A stretch of DNA of 64,000 nt, taken from assembly GCA_012026655.1 (NCBI GenBank), contig JAAILG010000836.1:1-64000 (forward strand), in the 5' to 3' direction. Below are positions 1 to 13,777 of this stretch, in pieces. Within the stretch, counting starts at the first letter, position 1. Each line of letters starts with the position of its first letter. The position numbers were made by a program, and so were the translations under genes. The notes beneath the pieces were generated by a model, which was not told the origin of the DNA, made no database searches, and saw nothing but the letters and a program-made list of their open reading frames with translations. Source of the DNA: Hydrolagus affinis. Its lineage: Eukaryota.

Positions 1-469
1 GAATGAGGAACTTTTCCCATACGCTGGGTACTCTTACTGTGTGTTCACTGAAAATTAATTGCTTTGAGAGGCCATTTCTGGGTAACTTAGTTTTTACTTC
101 CTGTTTTAAGATGTAGAGGTCAAAATCTGCAGCTTTTTTCTCCCAATAACAAGCTCTTGTTAGCAGCTGCTGGCTTTTTAAATGGCTATAAAGCTGTCAG
201 TGTCTGAGTCTGTCTCAATGCAGAACATTCTGCGAATGGAAAAAAAAAATCAGTTGAAGTGGGTACTGAAGTGCCCCGTAAGTAAGAATTGCTTGTAAAT
301 ACATTTTGTGCTCTAACCAGGTAATACACATTCATAAAGCACTCCGGGACTCTACTCTGCTTGAGGGGTGCTATATAAATACAAGTTGTTGTTGTAGCTT
401 AGATGTTGCAGAGCACAAGCCAATTAAAAATATATGTCTCCAAATTCGCAACAAGGTTTTACTTCAGCC

Positions 470-572
470 CACAAAATATCACAGTATATCCTGTGAAGCA
501 CTTTAAGATGTCTCAATGACGTGATAAGGCACTATATCAAACGCAATTCAAATGCAAGGATCTATATTACTT
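470..572 (+). mobile_element. SINE 3' fragment (tRNA-head/L2-tail family)
   Basis: cagtatatcctgtgaagcacttt...atgtc...gacgtgataaggcactatatcaaa matches the tail of fuller copies at 9460, 43800 and 57038. Confidence 0.7.
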
Positions 573-2757
573 ATAGATATGTGAATAGACCTAACAGTAT
601 GCTATATTCCCATAATAAATGAGGAAAAATTAAAACAGAAGGCGATCATTTGTAGGATACCGAGTAACCTGGCTTCATGATTCCGGAATGATGGAGCACG
701 AATGGTTTATTTAGGTCGAGTCGTGAGTAGAATAATCGATGATCATGTTCGTGTTCCACTTCTACTCTGAGAGAAGCGCTTAACCCATTCATTCACACTT
801 TAGGATATTTCTACGCGGGCTCTTGTGTCAGGAGAGGCAAGAACAGCGCCCGATGAGGTATTGGGATAATTGCTATCGTGTCCCAGCGCTCCCAGAAGCT
901 CTCAGAGTGTAGGCTTTGCGTGTCACTCGTGCCTCAATAACCCTAGCTCAGATACAGGCCACTGGCAACGGTGGTCTTCAGCGGTGTTATTTAGTCATGT
1001 CCTGCGCCACAGACGTGGCATTAAACTGCTATTGACACCCTTTAGCGACCCCTGATGTTAACCAATAGAGAGGGTTTGAAGTTTAGTGTTTATTTGATTT
1101 GTTTCTCTTTCATCTGTGAAATACGAATGAACTGCTCTTTCAATGTGCACTTTATTCCCGAAGAAGCGAAATGTGTCATTTATCACTGGACAGAAACTAG
1201 CACCGAGTGCAGATTATCATCATCAACGATGTCCTTGGGGAATTCACTCAACCCTCTATATGTTGGTTTATTCCATGAATGGGTTCAAATGAATTTGGCT
1301 GAACTTGTTGAAGAAGCTTTCTAAATACAGTACCTTCCTCAAAAGTAGAAATTGTATGTGGTTAAATACTAAAAAAAAAAAGACTTCCTCGTGTTATACA
1401 CGTTTGTCATCTACATCAGTGGACGATGATGTGGTGGACTCAGCTGTTAGTGTTTACAACATGGCTTGTGTTATGTGAATAAGAAGAATTTCCATCGTTG
1501 AGGCAGTTGAAGGAATGGCTGCAGTAAGCAAGTGTGAACTGGAGCGCACTGTGAGTGAGCTCCATGTGCCCTTGGGGTAGCAGATTAAGCATACTGAAAG
1601 AGAGAGGTCAGGACTGGACTACGAAGCAATCTGTGGAATCCAGCCAGAGGTATAAGTAAGACTTTTTATTACCCGGCATCACAGGCGTGGCAGTTCTGCC
1701 GAGTTAGCTGAAATGAGGCTGACATCTGTAGGTCAGGCCTGATTAGTTGTTTTCCACCCTCTGCCGTTACTACAGCGACTAAAGAGGATTTAAGGCTGAG
1801 CATGTGGATGACAATGTTGCTGATTCAACAAAAGGGCATACCAGATGCGTCTTTTCCCTTCCGTGTGCAAGTCTGTGTGACAAGCCTAAAAGAGCCTGAA
1901 TAATTTCTCATGGTAACCTGTTGATTCTGTTGTTTTATCAGAATTACCTAGCAACGATTTCAGGAATTAAGAGCATGGATCCACCTAGCCCACCCTTCCC
2001 ATTAATGTTTTATTTTCAATTTTTCCTTCTGGGTGTAGCTGCAGACCTGGTGGGGGTGGGGTGGGGAGAATGGATAACAGGATCACCTGTTGATTATGTG
2101 GTATTGCCAAGAGACAACTGACATTTTGTTGGTGTGCTCACAAGCTCAGTGTGTGTTCAATGCGTCTTGAGTTTTTTATTGTATTAAGCAATACATTCTT
2201 TATTCAATATTATTTATTTATCCAACAACATTTTATACTTCCATATGATACTTTATATCTGGAGTCCTATTTTGCAGCTCATTTCATATGCTGATTGTCT
2301 CCAGCGTCCTGGGATGTTCTCCTGACATGAAAAGCATTATACAAGTGTAATTTTGTTGTTGAATTTTGAGGTTGTCTCACTTTGATTGGCATATTGCTAA
2401 AAAGGCCATTATTATTTTCAAATGCATTACACCAGTTCCTCACCCTCTAACTTTAATTAATAATTGCATCAATGACACGCCTGTTATATGAATTTCTGAT
2501 GAAGTTTATATTCTTGATCATGATCAAATACAATTACGATATTCAGCACTTCATCCCATTTGCAGCTAATGTTGTGTGTGCACAGTGGGAATCATGTGCG
2601 TAGTTTAGGGCAGCCTACTTCCAAATGACATTGCAGTGTTGCCGAGGGTTACACGGCTAATTCTGAACTTGTTGCTATGAAGAAAGGTTCCTCTCAGGAG
2701 AAAGAAAATGATTGAGTTGCCATGCGATCCTGATCTTTAAAATGATGGATGATAAAA

Positions 2758-3145
2758 ATAATAATCCTTGCCTTATCATATCGGAAGGACGTCCCAAAGC
2801 ACTTCACGGGATTTACTGTGAAATAGAGTGTCTGTATATTTGTAGGCAAATGAGGTAGCACAATTGCCCACTGCAGTGTCCCCAAATAGCCATGAAACCA
2901 ATGACCATTTTTTTTATTTGGGGGGGATTGTTGGCCAAGATGCCAGCAGAAACTCCTCTCTCTTTTCAAATAGTGCCATGGGTTCTGCAAAGTTCACCTG
3001 AACAGACAGGAGCTTGGTTTAACGTCTCATCCCAAGGACGATACCTTTGACAATGCAACAGAGACCCAGCATTGTACTAGACTAACATCTTAGACTTTGT
3101 GAGTCAAAGTCATGACGTAGGACTCAAACCCATAACCTTCGGATG
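2758..3145 (-). mobile_element. Deu-domain SINE
   Basis: Contains aactcc..ctcttttcaaatagtgccatggg...cacctgaacagacagg...ggtttaacgtctcatcc, the Deu core as recalled. L2-like tail at left, tRNA-like head at right. Confidence 0.7.
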
Positions 3146-5804
3146 TACAGATGATGAAGTTGTGAGCAGGCTATTTGACTTGAATGTTGAAAGTGCAGAG
3201 CTGTGTTTAAAAGATTTAAAATGAAAAAGCTTGAAGCGGTGCAAGAGACAGATAATATTTCTCCATAGAGGGAACGCATGTCTGGAACCAATTCCTAACC
3301 AAAAAGTGGGGACTGCATTAATTCACATGAAAACAAATTGGACTGCTTGTGAAAAGTATTAAAGGATTTAGGGATAGGTATAGGGCAAAATGAACAAATA
3401 ATCCACAATTCACTTATGCACTGAAGGATGGGGGTGGGGTGGTGGGGGGGGAAATATGACTTGTATGACTTTATAATCATAAATAATTTGCGTTGCATTT
3501 TAATTTTGAACAGTTCTGATCTTATGACAGCAAGTTGTAAAATTGCATCCTTGAAAAATAATATTTAATTCCTTCACCTGCGTGGACCTAAACGGGACTT
3601 GGAAAGAAGCAAGCACACTGGAGATGTTGGCTGACATGTAGTTATGAATGTTATTTGCAGAACTTATCACAATGTAGCTGATTGACTGAGAAAACACCCA
3701 GTAATTCTTCAGGAAAATGAATGAGTTAAATCTAAAGTGTAGTTCCTTTGAAATCCAGGGTGTGATAATCCTCTTGGGCAAGGATTTGCAGTGCTCTATC
3801 ACCATGGGATGTGTAGCTTACAAGGTTTGTGACACAGGAAGACAGGAGGACGTGAGCCATCATTATTAAAACAGTTGCAATCCGCCATGCTTTGTTTCTG
3901 TAACACACATCAATCCACCAAACCACAGTGCAGACCTACTTTATAAGATAAAACCTGTTGGCATGTCTGCAGGAGCGCAGCCAGAATTATTGCACTGAAA
4001 TCAGCCTAATGTTGGTGCTATCTCACACACTCCCACCCCCGCAGAGATGTGTTGTCTTCGGAATTTTAGCTGCAAAAGTATTGCTCTAGCTCAGTTGTAG
4101 TGGTAGCTGTTGCTGGGAAAGCTAAGGCCTTTTAATCGAAAACAGATTGAGTAAAACATCTGTTTCTCACTGTTGAGAATGTAAAATGATCAGTGCGGTT
4201 GTAGTAAGTTAGTTTTATTTGGTTATACCGTAGTGCTGAAAGGAGCTACTCCTGCATTATTTCATATTTCATTCAGTGTGGCAATTATAACAGCAAATGC
4301 ACAATGAACCGCCACATATTTCTCCCTGTTTTTCTCGGCAGCTGAGAATGGTAACCATTCTCTTGTCTAATATGAGACAAGAGAAAATATGAGATCAGCG
4401 TAAAGACTGTTTTTCTGATTTCAGGGGAAAACTGAACCATTATGGTTCAGATATTGCATCCCATTCTTTGGTATAAACATTACTCAGTGATGTAGGTCCA
4501 TCTGAAGGATTAGAACAACTTCCTACAGCATTATTTTTGTGGTACCACATATTGGCTTACAATGGTATTGTCAATATAGCAAAGAATTACTTTCGCATAA
4601 CTGGTTTAGGCTGCGGATCGGCCTCACTGTACAATCAGCACAAGATGAGCTCAGTCACTTTAGATGCGCGAAAGCTAGACATTTATTTGCTACAGGTTGA
4701 AAGAGCCCTGAAGTTCAGCCATTTTGAGGCGTGCAACTGCCAAGTGTTGAGTAAGTTATACAATTCATGTGTAATTCTCCATAATTTTGACACCACAAAT
4801 CACCCGCATGGTGTTTATTCTGACCGTGGGAAGGATTTAACACATGAAAAATATATATATTGATCTACAGTACAGTGTTGACCTGATTTAAATAGTACAG
4901 TTCACTTTACCTTTGCATCTTGTCCCCCCACGGGATCTCTATATCAATTCAGCAAATGTGAGTAATTGTTGAGATGTGACTCTTGTGTAAATTTAATGCT
5001 ATTTTCCTGTTAGTCCATCTTCAGCATTTATATCCAGCTGCAATTTAGCCAAAGGGTTGACAGGCAGACAGCATTGTCGAGTGGGGGGGATTTCCTGCTG
5101 CAGATGTTTTTTAATATCATATTAAAACGTTGCCTCTGGTTGTCTGTCAATGTAATTGTTTTAAAATGTGTTTTACTACAATAAAAATAACCTTCATGGT
5201 GTCCATCTCCAATAGTAATCAGGGCAGAGAACATCTCATGTGAGAGCAGTGTTTCGGCCAAAAAATAGTGACGAGCATGCCTATTCTCTTTGGAGTAGTT
5301 GGACCAATATAGATGCATGTGAACACTACATCACTGAACCTAGTGAGCAGAATGAAGTGTACTCCTGTAAGTTTCAATACAGAAGTCCTACTAAAAGTAT
5401 GCAAAAAATATATATATGAGATGCACTGCTATTGTGGTCCTCCTTTGGAGAAACATTTTGTTCTTAGTGAGACCAATGAGATTATAGTTCAATTGAATCA
5501 GGTGAATGTAATTAAAATTTGAAGGCCAGTAAAACCATTGAGTGCATGAATCTGAGGCAAAATTTGACAACAGAACCACAATGTTTCACATGAAATTACA
5601 AGAACCAGCCTGAATTTCAGAAGCAGTGAGAGACCACCTTAAATAGATGATCTCTACTGTGGCTTCACATCAGTTTTGGTACAACTCCAGCCACTGTGAA
5701 ACAAAATCTTTCAACATTAAAATTTTCTCGGGCTGCAAATGTTTTGATATTATTAATATCAGAGGCTATTTGCTGTTACTAAAATATACTAGCTGGTTAA
5801 ATGA

Positions 5805-5915
5805 TAAAAATAATAATCCTTGCATTGATATAGTGCCTTTGAGACACCTCTTCGAGATGCCTCAAAGCGCTTCACAGAATATGTAGTGAATGGACTGAAT
5901 GTTTTGTGGGGTGCA
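5805..5915 (-). mobile_element. SINE 3' fragment
   Basis: aataataatccttgcattgatatagtgcc...tcaaagcgcttcacagaatat family tail. Confidence 0.75.
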
Positions 5916-6327
5916 AAATGTCCAAAGAGAGCAGGGTACTGTAAATGTAACTAGGAGCAGACCAACAGTGACAGTGCAAGAGTTGAGCAGTGTCTTTGCG
6001 ATCGGGTTTCCAGCTCGATTTCTGGAATTTTTAGATGAACGCACTGCCCTGATACTCTTCGTAAGATCAGATCGTTTCTCTGCAGCTGTCCTTCAGGGAG
6101 TTTCAAGCACAGGTGCCCTGATTTGGAAAGGTGATAATGTAAATTCAGTATGGTTACAGAAATGCAAGGAAATCAGACAGCCTATCTACAAACATGCGTC
6201 TGCTTTGTTTAGTAACAATTCGATTAAATAAATTGAGAAGCGTAACAGGCAACACAACCATTTTGTTGACATCCTGAGGCGAGATGGACGAAATGGCCTG
6301 TGTCTGTGCTGCACATTGTATGTAATT

Positions 6328-6405
6328 CTAATAATAATAATCATAACAACAATCCTTGCATTTGATATAGCGCTTTTCACGCCTTATCGACATCTCAAAG
6401 CGTAA
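6328..6405 (-). mobile_element. SINE 3' fragment
   Basis: (taa)n then atccttgcatttgatatagcgcttttcacg...tctcaaagcg. Confidence 0.7.
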
Positions 6406-8917
6406 TCTACGTTGAATATCTAGACCCAGATAAATTTTTTCCCCTTTTTGTTCCGTCCGCACTGTGCGGGGAGGGAAAGATGTGATTGAAGTAAAGGAAA
6501 CATTTTAAAAGAAAATATGAATCTACTGCATTTGATGTGCAATACAAAAATTCTTCAAAATATAGTCCAGTAACAAAAGTGCAAAATATAGTAGATAAAG
6601 ACAACTTCAACAAAACAATACATTTAGTGAGATGAGATATAACCATTTTGTTTCTCATTTTTAGTCATGTTTTGGTAGAAATTTCCCAATTTCTTTAAGA
6701 ACGCATTCCTTTCATACCTGTAAGGCAGAATACAGCACATCCCAGGATTAGGTGTTCTTGTGTAAGGCCTGAAACAACCCCTCCTAACTATGTGTAACTG
6801 AGTTTATAACCTACATTCCCAGACATTCTAATTGTTTGTGGTCTATTTTAAAGGAGTTTTGGGCTCTGTTTGCTGTCAGTCGATGGGCTAATGTTGTAAT
6901 TCTAGCATTTACTCGACCAAAGAAATCGAGGGAGGAAATGTGCAAAGTTACACGACCCATTCCTTGCGACAATTATAGTATCACAATGAACAAACGCATT
7001 GTGAAACATTGCAAATTTCAGTCCATACATCAATTTAAAAACATATTTTGTTTTAATGAGAGGTACTCCTGCACTCCTACCGGTGGTGGTTCTTCATTAA
7101 CTAAGCAGACAACATAGCCTGTGTGTTAATTTCCATAGGCAGGCTGAGCCCATTTCCCACATGGTCTGCGTGCGGCTCAAGAGAATTCAGAAACAAAAAG
7201 GAAACAAGGTTGGTTTGGGGATTTTGAGGTGTGAGTTAAGAGGAGAGGCTGACAGAGCTGAGTAGAAAACGATTGAGGGGGGGAACATGCTTTAAAATCA
7301 TGAGTTAGGTTAGCCAGGACATACGACTAAAGGATCAATTCCCTAACGATTTAGTTACCCAGTACTGTATAGTTGTAATATATACATATCTGTTTTAACA
7401 AACCATGCCCTTTAAGCAATAAATTTCTAGTGGAACAGTTTAAATAAAGAGTGTAGTGTACAAGGAGTGTCACCTTCCTCCCATGTTCTGAATGCAGAAG
7501 CAAACTAGTCACCAGTAGCTGGAAGCAGCTGTGCCTGAACTATGGGTCTCTGTATTTCCCAGGTCAGGGATATGGACAGTGCCTCCCTGACATACTGGTA
7601 CTGTTTTGTTTCTACTCTCACAAGACTCATTCTGTGCAGCCTTTCATGTTAGGGCAAAGTCAGGAGAGGCGGACAGAAAGTCCAGCTGAAAGAGTCAAAA
7701 GTAAATAAATGGAACTGTGGCTGGGAGATAAACCCAGCTGCTATATGCAAAGTTTAATCGCATTGCCCTCTGTGTTCAGGCAAAACTTGTTTCTGTGATT
7801 GCCTTGAAGGTATTTTGTTTGGCCAACAAAGTACCTCGGGTTTTCAAACAAGATTATGAGCATCACATTCATTTATAAAAAAATTCCCTTACCTTAAGAT
7901 TGCACAATACTTTGAAGGTTAAGTATATATTACATGTTGTGAATTTATTACAGCAGATTTTTGCCTGAACCAAGAATCCTGAAACTTGTGCCTTGCTGCC
8001 ATGGTTCCAAATTTTAGTTCTTATTGTACCAGCAGTTATGGGTTTACTGATCAATGGAAAATTTGATCTTGATTCGAATAAATACAGCTGATCTCTCTTT
8101 ATCCTCCTCCCCAACTTCACTATATACTGTACCGCAGTTCAGGTTGGGTGTGCCAAAAACTTGATTCCCTGACTGACCTCGCTGTTTATATTCAGGGTTG
8201 AATCTGTATGGTGGGACACAGACTAGATTAGGAATACAGTCCTTTTTAAATGGGGTAATGTGTGGGTGTACAATAATGTGATTGTTGGTGTCATTTCATA
8301 TTTGCCTTGAAAATGTTTATGATGTGGTTTGCTGCTCCTTGATAATGCAGAAGAATGAACTAGCCATTCTGTATAATTCTGAGTCTTTGGCACATCAAGG
8401 AAGTTTCAAAATGATGATGGTGCTAAAGACCTAAATGATGGAAGTGTTTTTGAAGAATTGGGTTTTATCCTCTGAGGTTGCATAAAATATGTCAGGATCT
8501 GTACACATTTGACACTAGCTATAGCAAGCATTTAGCAGCTCTCTTCCCCCTCTGGTGGACCATTTTTGGCCATGTGTCTCTGGCAGCAGATGTGTAGAAA
8601 TGTATTTTACACGTGCTAACATTCATGCACATGTCAGAGCAAGTATCCTTTGTAACAGCCCATTTTGGCTCACAAAGATTATGCAGCAGAAATTCATCAA
8701 AATGTGTTTTGCCAATTAGAATGGAGCGGTGGGAGAAAGGGCTACGGAGTAAAACAGTAAAATATGGGTCACAAAAGTAAATGCAATCAGAAAAAAACAA
8801 ACAATGCGAGGAAGGAAGGGAAAATCGAGATAGAAAAATGAGGGAAGGTGCAATTCAGCACATTGTCCTCAGTAAACTGAGTAAATTCAGCTTCGATTAT
8901 TGGTCTGAAATTCTTTT

Positions 8918-9015
8918 CAATAATAATAATAATCCTTGCATTTGATATAGCGCCTGATCAAGTCTTCGAGGTGAAGATACTGTAAAGTGAATTGACTGTA
9001 TATTTTGTGGGCAGA
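8918..9015 (-). mobile_element. SINE 3' fragment
   Basis: (taa)n ccttgcatttgatatagcgcc...actgtaaagtgaattgactgtatattttgtggg. Confidence 0.75.
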
Positions 9016-9459
9016 ATGTTTGCAAAATGAGATTTCTCTTTTTATAAAATAAACTGCTTTCCTATTTATCTATGTGGAGCTGAGGTTCACACAAGGTCAG
9101 TAGGTACATGAGGACCTCACTACTGGACTGGATCCTGTGCATAAAAATTTTGAAGTAGCCTTGGGACTTGTTGATTACCATATGTTCTGTATAACTCTGC
9201 ATGGAGCTACTTGAGTAATGCAGCATCGACAGTAACTGCCAGCTGCAAGTAAGATCCATTTATCTTGTTGAACGATTGTCAGTTGAGACACTAATGTGGC
9301 TGAAATCCAACCTTTAGATGATGAGCAATATGAGGTGACATTTACAATCATCAACAACAACAACAACATGCATTTACACAGTGATGGTGTCTTGGATGAA
9401 TGCTGTATGAAAGTGCTAATGAATGTCTGCCAATGCCAACTCAGTGGTGTATGTATGAT

Positions 9460-9812
9460 ATAATAATAATTCTTGCATTTGATATAGCACTTTTCACGTC
9501 TTTTCAACCCCTCAAAGCGCTTCACAGAATATACTGAAAGTGAATTGACTGTATATATGTGGGCAACATGCGGCAACCAATTGTGCACAGCAGTGTCCCA
9601 CAAACAGTCTTGGATTGAAATGACCAATTTTTACTAAGCGCTCTGAGATGCCGTCCGGTGTGGAGGGTGCTATATGAATCCAAGTTGTTGTTGTTGTTAT
9701 TATTAGGCGTGTGGAGTAAGGAAACTTGCCCAAGGTTTCACCCTGCCAGAAATTGAACCCAGATCTCTCGCTTGTACAGCGAGTGCTCTAACCACTGAGC
9801 TTACAGGACTCC
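9460..9812 (-). mobile_element. Near full-length tRNA-derived SINE with a nested L2-type tail (9636-9698, + strand)
   Basis: The minus-strand head has an A box (gctcagtggttagagc) and a B box (ggttcaatttc); (tta)n tail; homologous to copies at 43800 and 57038. Confidence 0.85.
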
Positions 9813-11139
9813 ATTCATCACAGTGTTGCTGGCTACTGGTTCCTTGCCCTCGCTCCCTGCTGTCTCTTCCCCGTGCTACTGGTGGATTTTGAATCAAGAA
9901 TTTTTCTTCGTTACAGTTGAACAAAAGGCTGATTTAGCAAATGCATTGTTAGTCAAATAATCGAAGAAAAAACGAAAGTGCCTTTCAAGTCAGAAGGTCA
10001 TCTCAAAATAATTCACATGTTACACTGTATTGTGCAGAGACTGTGCATTATGTAGGTGAGACAGTAAGCAACTTGCGCACAGCAATGTTCCACAAACAGA
10101 CAAGAATTGAAAAAGAGTAGAATCTATTTCTGAAATGGAGAATTTTCATACATTCGAACACTGTTATAACATACTCTGTAAGAACGCAGATTTACGAAGA
10201 TGACAATTGGGTTGTGGATCCCAACATTTTCTTAACAAAATGACAAAAGCCCAACCTCATATCATTCAAATCTTTCGTAGCCAGTGGCTGATCTTGATTG
10301 CTGTTACAAAGCAGGCTGAAATTGTATTTACTCCCAAACTTATAACATATACTGCAACGTGTCGCAGAGATCTGCTGTATATTATACTGACTTTCCCTGT
10401 AACATTCACTAACTCACCACTACCTCTCATGCAATGTGCACTGGTTATGTAGTTCCAAATTCGCCTATAAATTGGTGCTCACTTTCACTATATCATGGTT
10501 ATGGAGCTGTATAGTTTAATTTTTTATTGAGATTGTTTCTAATCATGGCTGAGTGGAATAAAGAGTGGGTGAATCATCTTGCTCACCTCTCTGGGTGTCT
10601 TCCCCTCCCTCACACGCATCTGGTCTCTTCATATTGCCCCGCAGCTAATGTTTAATCTCCTGCTAATTTTTTTTCCAGACGTCACCGGTGATGACTTTCT
10701 CCAATAGCTTCTGCCCTCTTCTTGATGGTTCTTTGCCCTTCCCTTTCCATCACCCCTCAAATACAAATGGTGATGACGGCTGTGTTTGTAGTTTCCTGAT
10801 TTGGAGGCCTCAGCTACTAAATTGAAGACTGATATGTCTCTTTATTGATCACTCACTGACAGTTTTCAGCTATTGTGAAGGGGCAGTCAATAAAACTCAT
10901 TAAATACTAGGTTACAATTTGAGGGCGTTTGAGTACAAGTCAAAAAGTTCTAACCTTGAGCAGATCACTGATGGCGCTTCATTTGAAACACTAAAGACAT
11001 TTTATCACACATCTATTAATAAGCTGCCATCACCCACACCAAATTTATCAGACCAGGGAATCCATCCATGTTGACTTTTGGACACCTTACAAACATATTG
11101 CTTTGTGGAAGATTCAGAAAGGAGCACAAGGATTGTTGG

Positions 11140-11460
11140 ACTCAGTTCTCTATTAGGAATGATTTCAAAGCTGAATTTGCATTCACTGGAGAACAGACAA
11201 TTGAGGTGAGTATGGTTTAGGCTTTTAGGATGCTAAGAGGAATAATGATGCTGAGCTGCATGTTTCTTGCCATGAATATCGAAAGGGCAGCATAGGTTTA
11301 AGGTGAAGTAATGTCAAGTGAGATTAGAGATTCAAAGAAACTTATTTTTCCTCTCTGCAAAAATTAACGTTTATTTAAAACAGGACTGTCTGTACAAGCA
11401 GTTGATGCTATACAGATTAACTAATTCAAAAAAAGAACTGGATAATTTTCTGGTTGGGGC
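11140..11460 (+). mobile_element. Degenerate CR1 LINE 3' fragment
   Basis: ttcactggagaacagacaattgaggtga...ggtttaaggtg...gcagttgatgc...ttcaaaaaaagaactggataatttt, typical of the CR1 ORF2 end; similar to 55560-55830. Confidence 0.55.
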
Positions 11461-11632
11461 AGAACTGCATATTACATGGGCTGGTACAGCCTAAGAAGAG
11501 CAAGTGCTCCACATCGCATAGTGGTGTCTAAGCTGCTGAGAGTGAGAGAGTTGGGCTTGGATATTGGAGATGTGGAAGACTAGTAAGTATTCTAGAGATT
11601 TCAATTACTTGCCTTTGGGCATAATTTCACCC

Positions 11633-11763
11633 ATATATATATATATATATACACACATATATATATACATAGTCAATTCACTTCACAGTATATTCTGTGA
11701 AGCGCTTTGAGACGTCTAGAAGACGTGAAAAGCTCCAAATCAAATGCAAGTATTATTATTATC
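11633..11763 (+). mobile_element. (AT)n/(AC)n microsatellite plus SINE 3' half
   Basis: atatat... then agtcaattcacttcacagtatattctgtgaagcgctttgagacgtctagaagacgtgaaaag...(tta)n. Confidence 0.8.
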
Positions 11764-13777
11764 ATCTATGCAGAACTACCTTCAGGAAATTGAAGAACTG
11801 GAGTCGATAAAATGATGAGATGTATGTGGTTTGTGGTAGGAGTGGGTTTGATGGGTTAAATGCGCTGTTCTTTCTTGTTCCAGGCTTTAACCTGAAGTGT
11901 TTTTGAAACTTGCTGGATTTTGTTCAGCCATACTCCATCCACCCCTCCTGCATTTACATTCCTCACAGTTGTGTAGCTTTCTTGAGCTTTGCTACTCCTG
12001 AATTCCATTGCTGTGCTCGGTTACTGTGTCTGGCTAAGTTGATAATGGAAAGCCTAGAATTAAATATTGTGGTGTAATGTGATACAATTTGCATTTATAC
12101 AGCAACTTTGCATGTCGGGAGGATGCCTCAAAGTACTGATAATCTTCACCAGCAGTAATAATTCAATCACATCACATGCCACATTTTAAACCCCATAATC
12201 TCCAATCTCTTTGCCTTGCCAAGTCTCCTGGTGTTTTAAAGTAACGTCTTGTTAATTATGTTTTACTGTTAATCATATCAGATTATTATTAATAATAATT
12301 AATAAATTGTTATCTTTCATATTTCTGTAATCGAATATGAAGCCCTGAAACTACCATTTTTAACAGACACGTTGCTGAGTGTTCCTGCGTATACAAAAGC
12401 AGTCTTCACAAATCCTCTCCCCCATGCCTGAGGTTGCTGGGGAATTGTTGCTTGTCATCATGGGAATTTAAAAAAAAACACCTGCCCCATCCCCTGCTAA
12501 ATGTTCGCTTTATAGAAAATAATAATAAGCAAACGCAAACATTCTGCATTTTTTTTCTGTTTCATATTGAACAAACGTATCAGAGAATGGGGGAATCTGA
12601 GGAATACTCCACCTACTGCAGTCATTAGATGGATCTTTACAAGTCAGTGATGAATTACGAGGTCCTCCTCACTTGTGGAATAGCCTGGGAATTCCACTGT
12701 TTCCCTTTGTGTACAGTTGGCTGCAGCTCAGTTCCTTTACCGTATCACTGCACGGCAATCAGATCAGTCTGAAAATAATTCCCGTCAACGATGCTTGATT
12801 TTGGAATAGTTAGCACTCTTAGGTGTTACTGGAGTTACAATTCAATATGATTTAATTTTTTTTAACACCAAAATAATAATCTCATTCCCTGAAATAAATC
12901 TTTCTTGTATTCCAAGATGCATGGCTGTGAATATAAAGCTGCAGCGAATTACTGCGCTGTGTTCTCTTTCTCTGACTGGCTGGCATAGCACTAGCTGTCT
13001 GACAATTATTTATATGTCTACATAGCTCGACACAGCGTAATACTGTCTGTCTTGAATTTGATGCATCTTGTTAATTTTGAGCAGGAAGAAGACCTTTATT
13101 TTGCCTCTGTATTTTAATGCAGTATCCACTGCATTGTTTGCTTACCACACCCTGTTACATTTTACATCTCGAGACTGTCTGGCTGCACTCTGATCGTGGC
13201 ATACAGCCATAAACGGTTAGACATTTTATGGAACCGCACGGAGCAAACTCTTTTTTTTCCCCCAGGCTGCAGCTGATGTGATTCTGATGAGATTTAACCG
13301 TTTTAACGAGCGCGTACGGTTGTAAGGGAAGAGTGTGCCTTGCTGCTCAGGCAGATCTATTTACACCACAAAAACAGGGAGGATTTGAACCTTCCAGTGT
13401 ACTGTACATCTCCCTAATGCAGCAGAGCAGCCGCATCAAACTGAGGCATTTTCTGTGCAGTGGGCATAGCGATGAATGTCTGCCAGAGTGAATCAATATG
13501 AGACAATCCTTTTTATTGGGCAAGTGCCCAGGCTCTCACTGCAACTGTAATTCCAATTGGTTCTTCCCTTTACCATGCGCAGCTTCAGGAGGGGAAATGG
13601 CCCTTTTTTAATCTACAATGGCTGACTGCACTATGCTGCACTGTCAGTATCTGAACGTTTTGTGGGCATATTGCTAGAGTTGTGCAAATTTAACGTTGTA
13701 AAGGAAAGGTTTAATGTATGTCTTTGTGCCTGTTTTTTTCTCTCCCCTTCTCTTATATCTTGTTCTTTTTCCCACAG

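Noticed and set aside
13270-13320. CTGATGA motif as a hammerhead or C/D box RNA
   Set aside because: No stem II plus GAAA and no terminal stem with a matching box.
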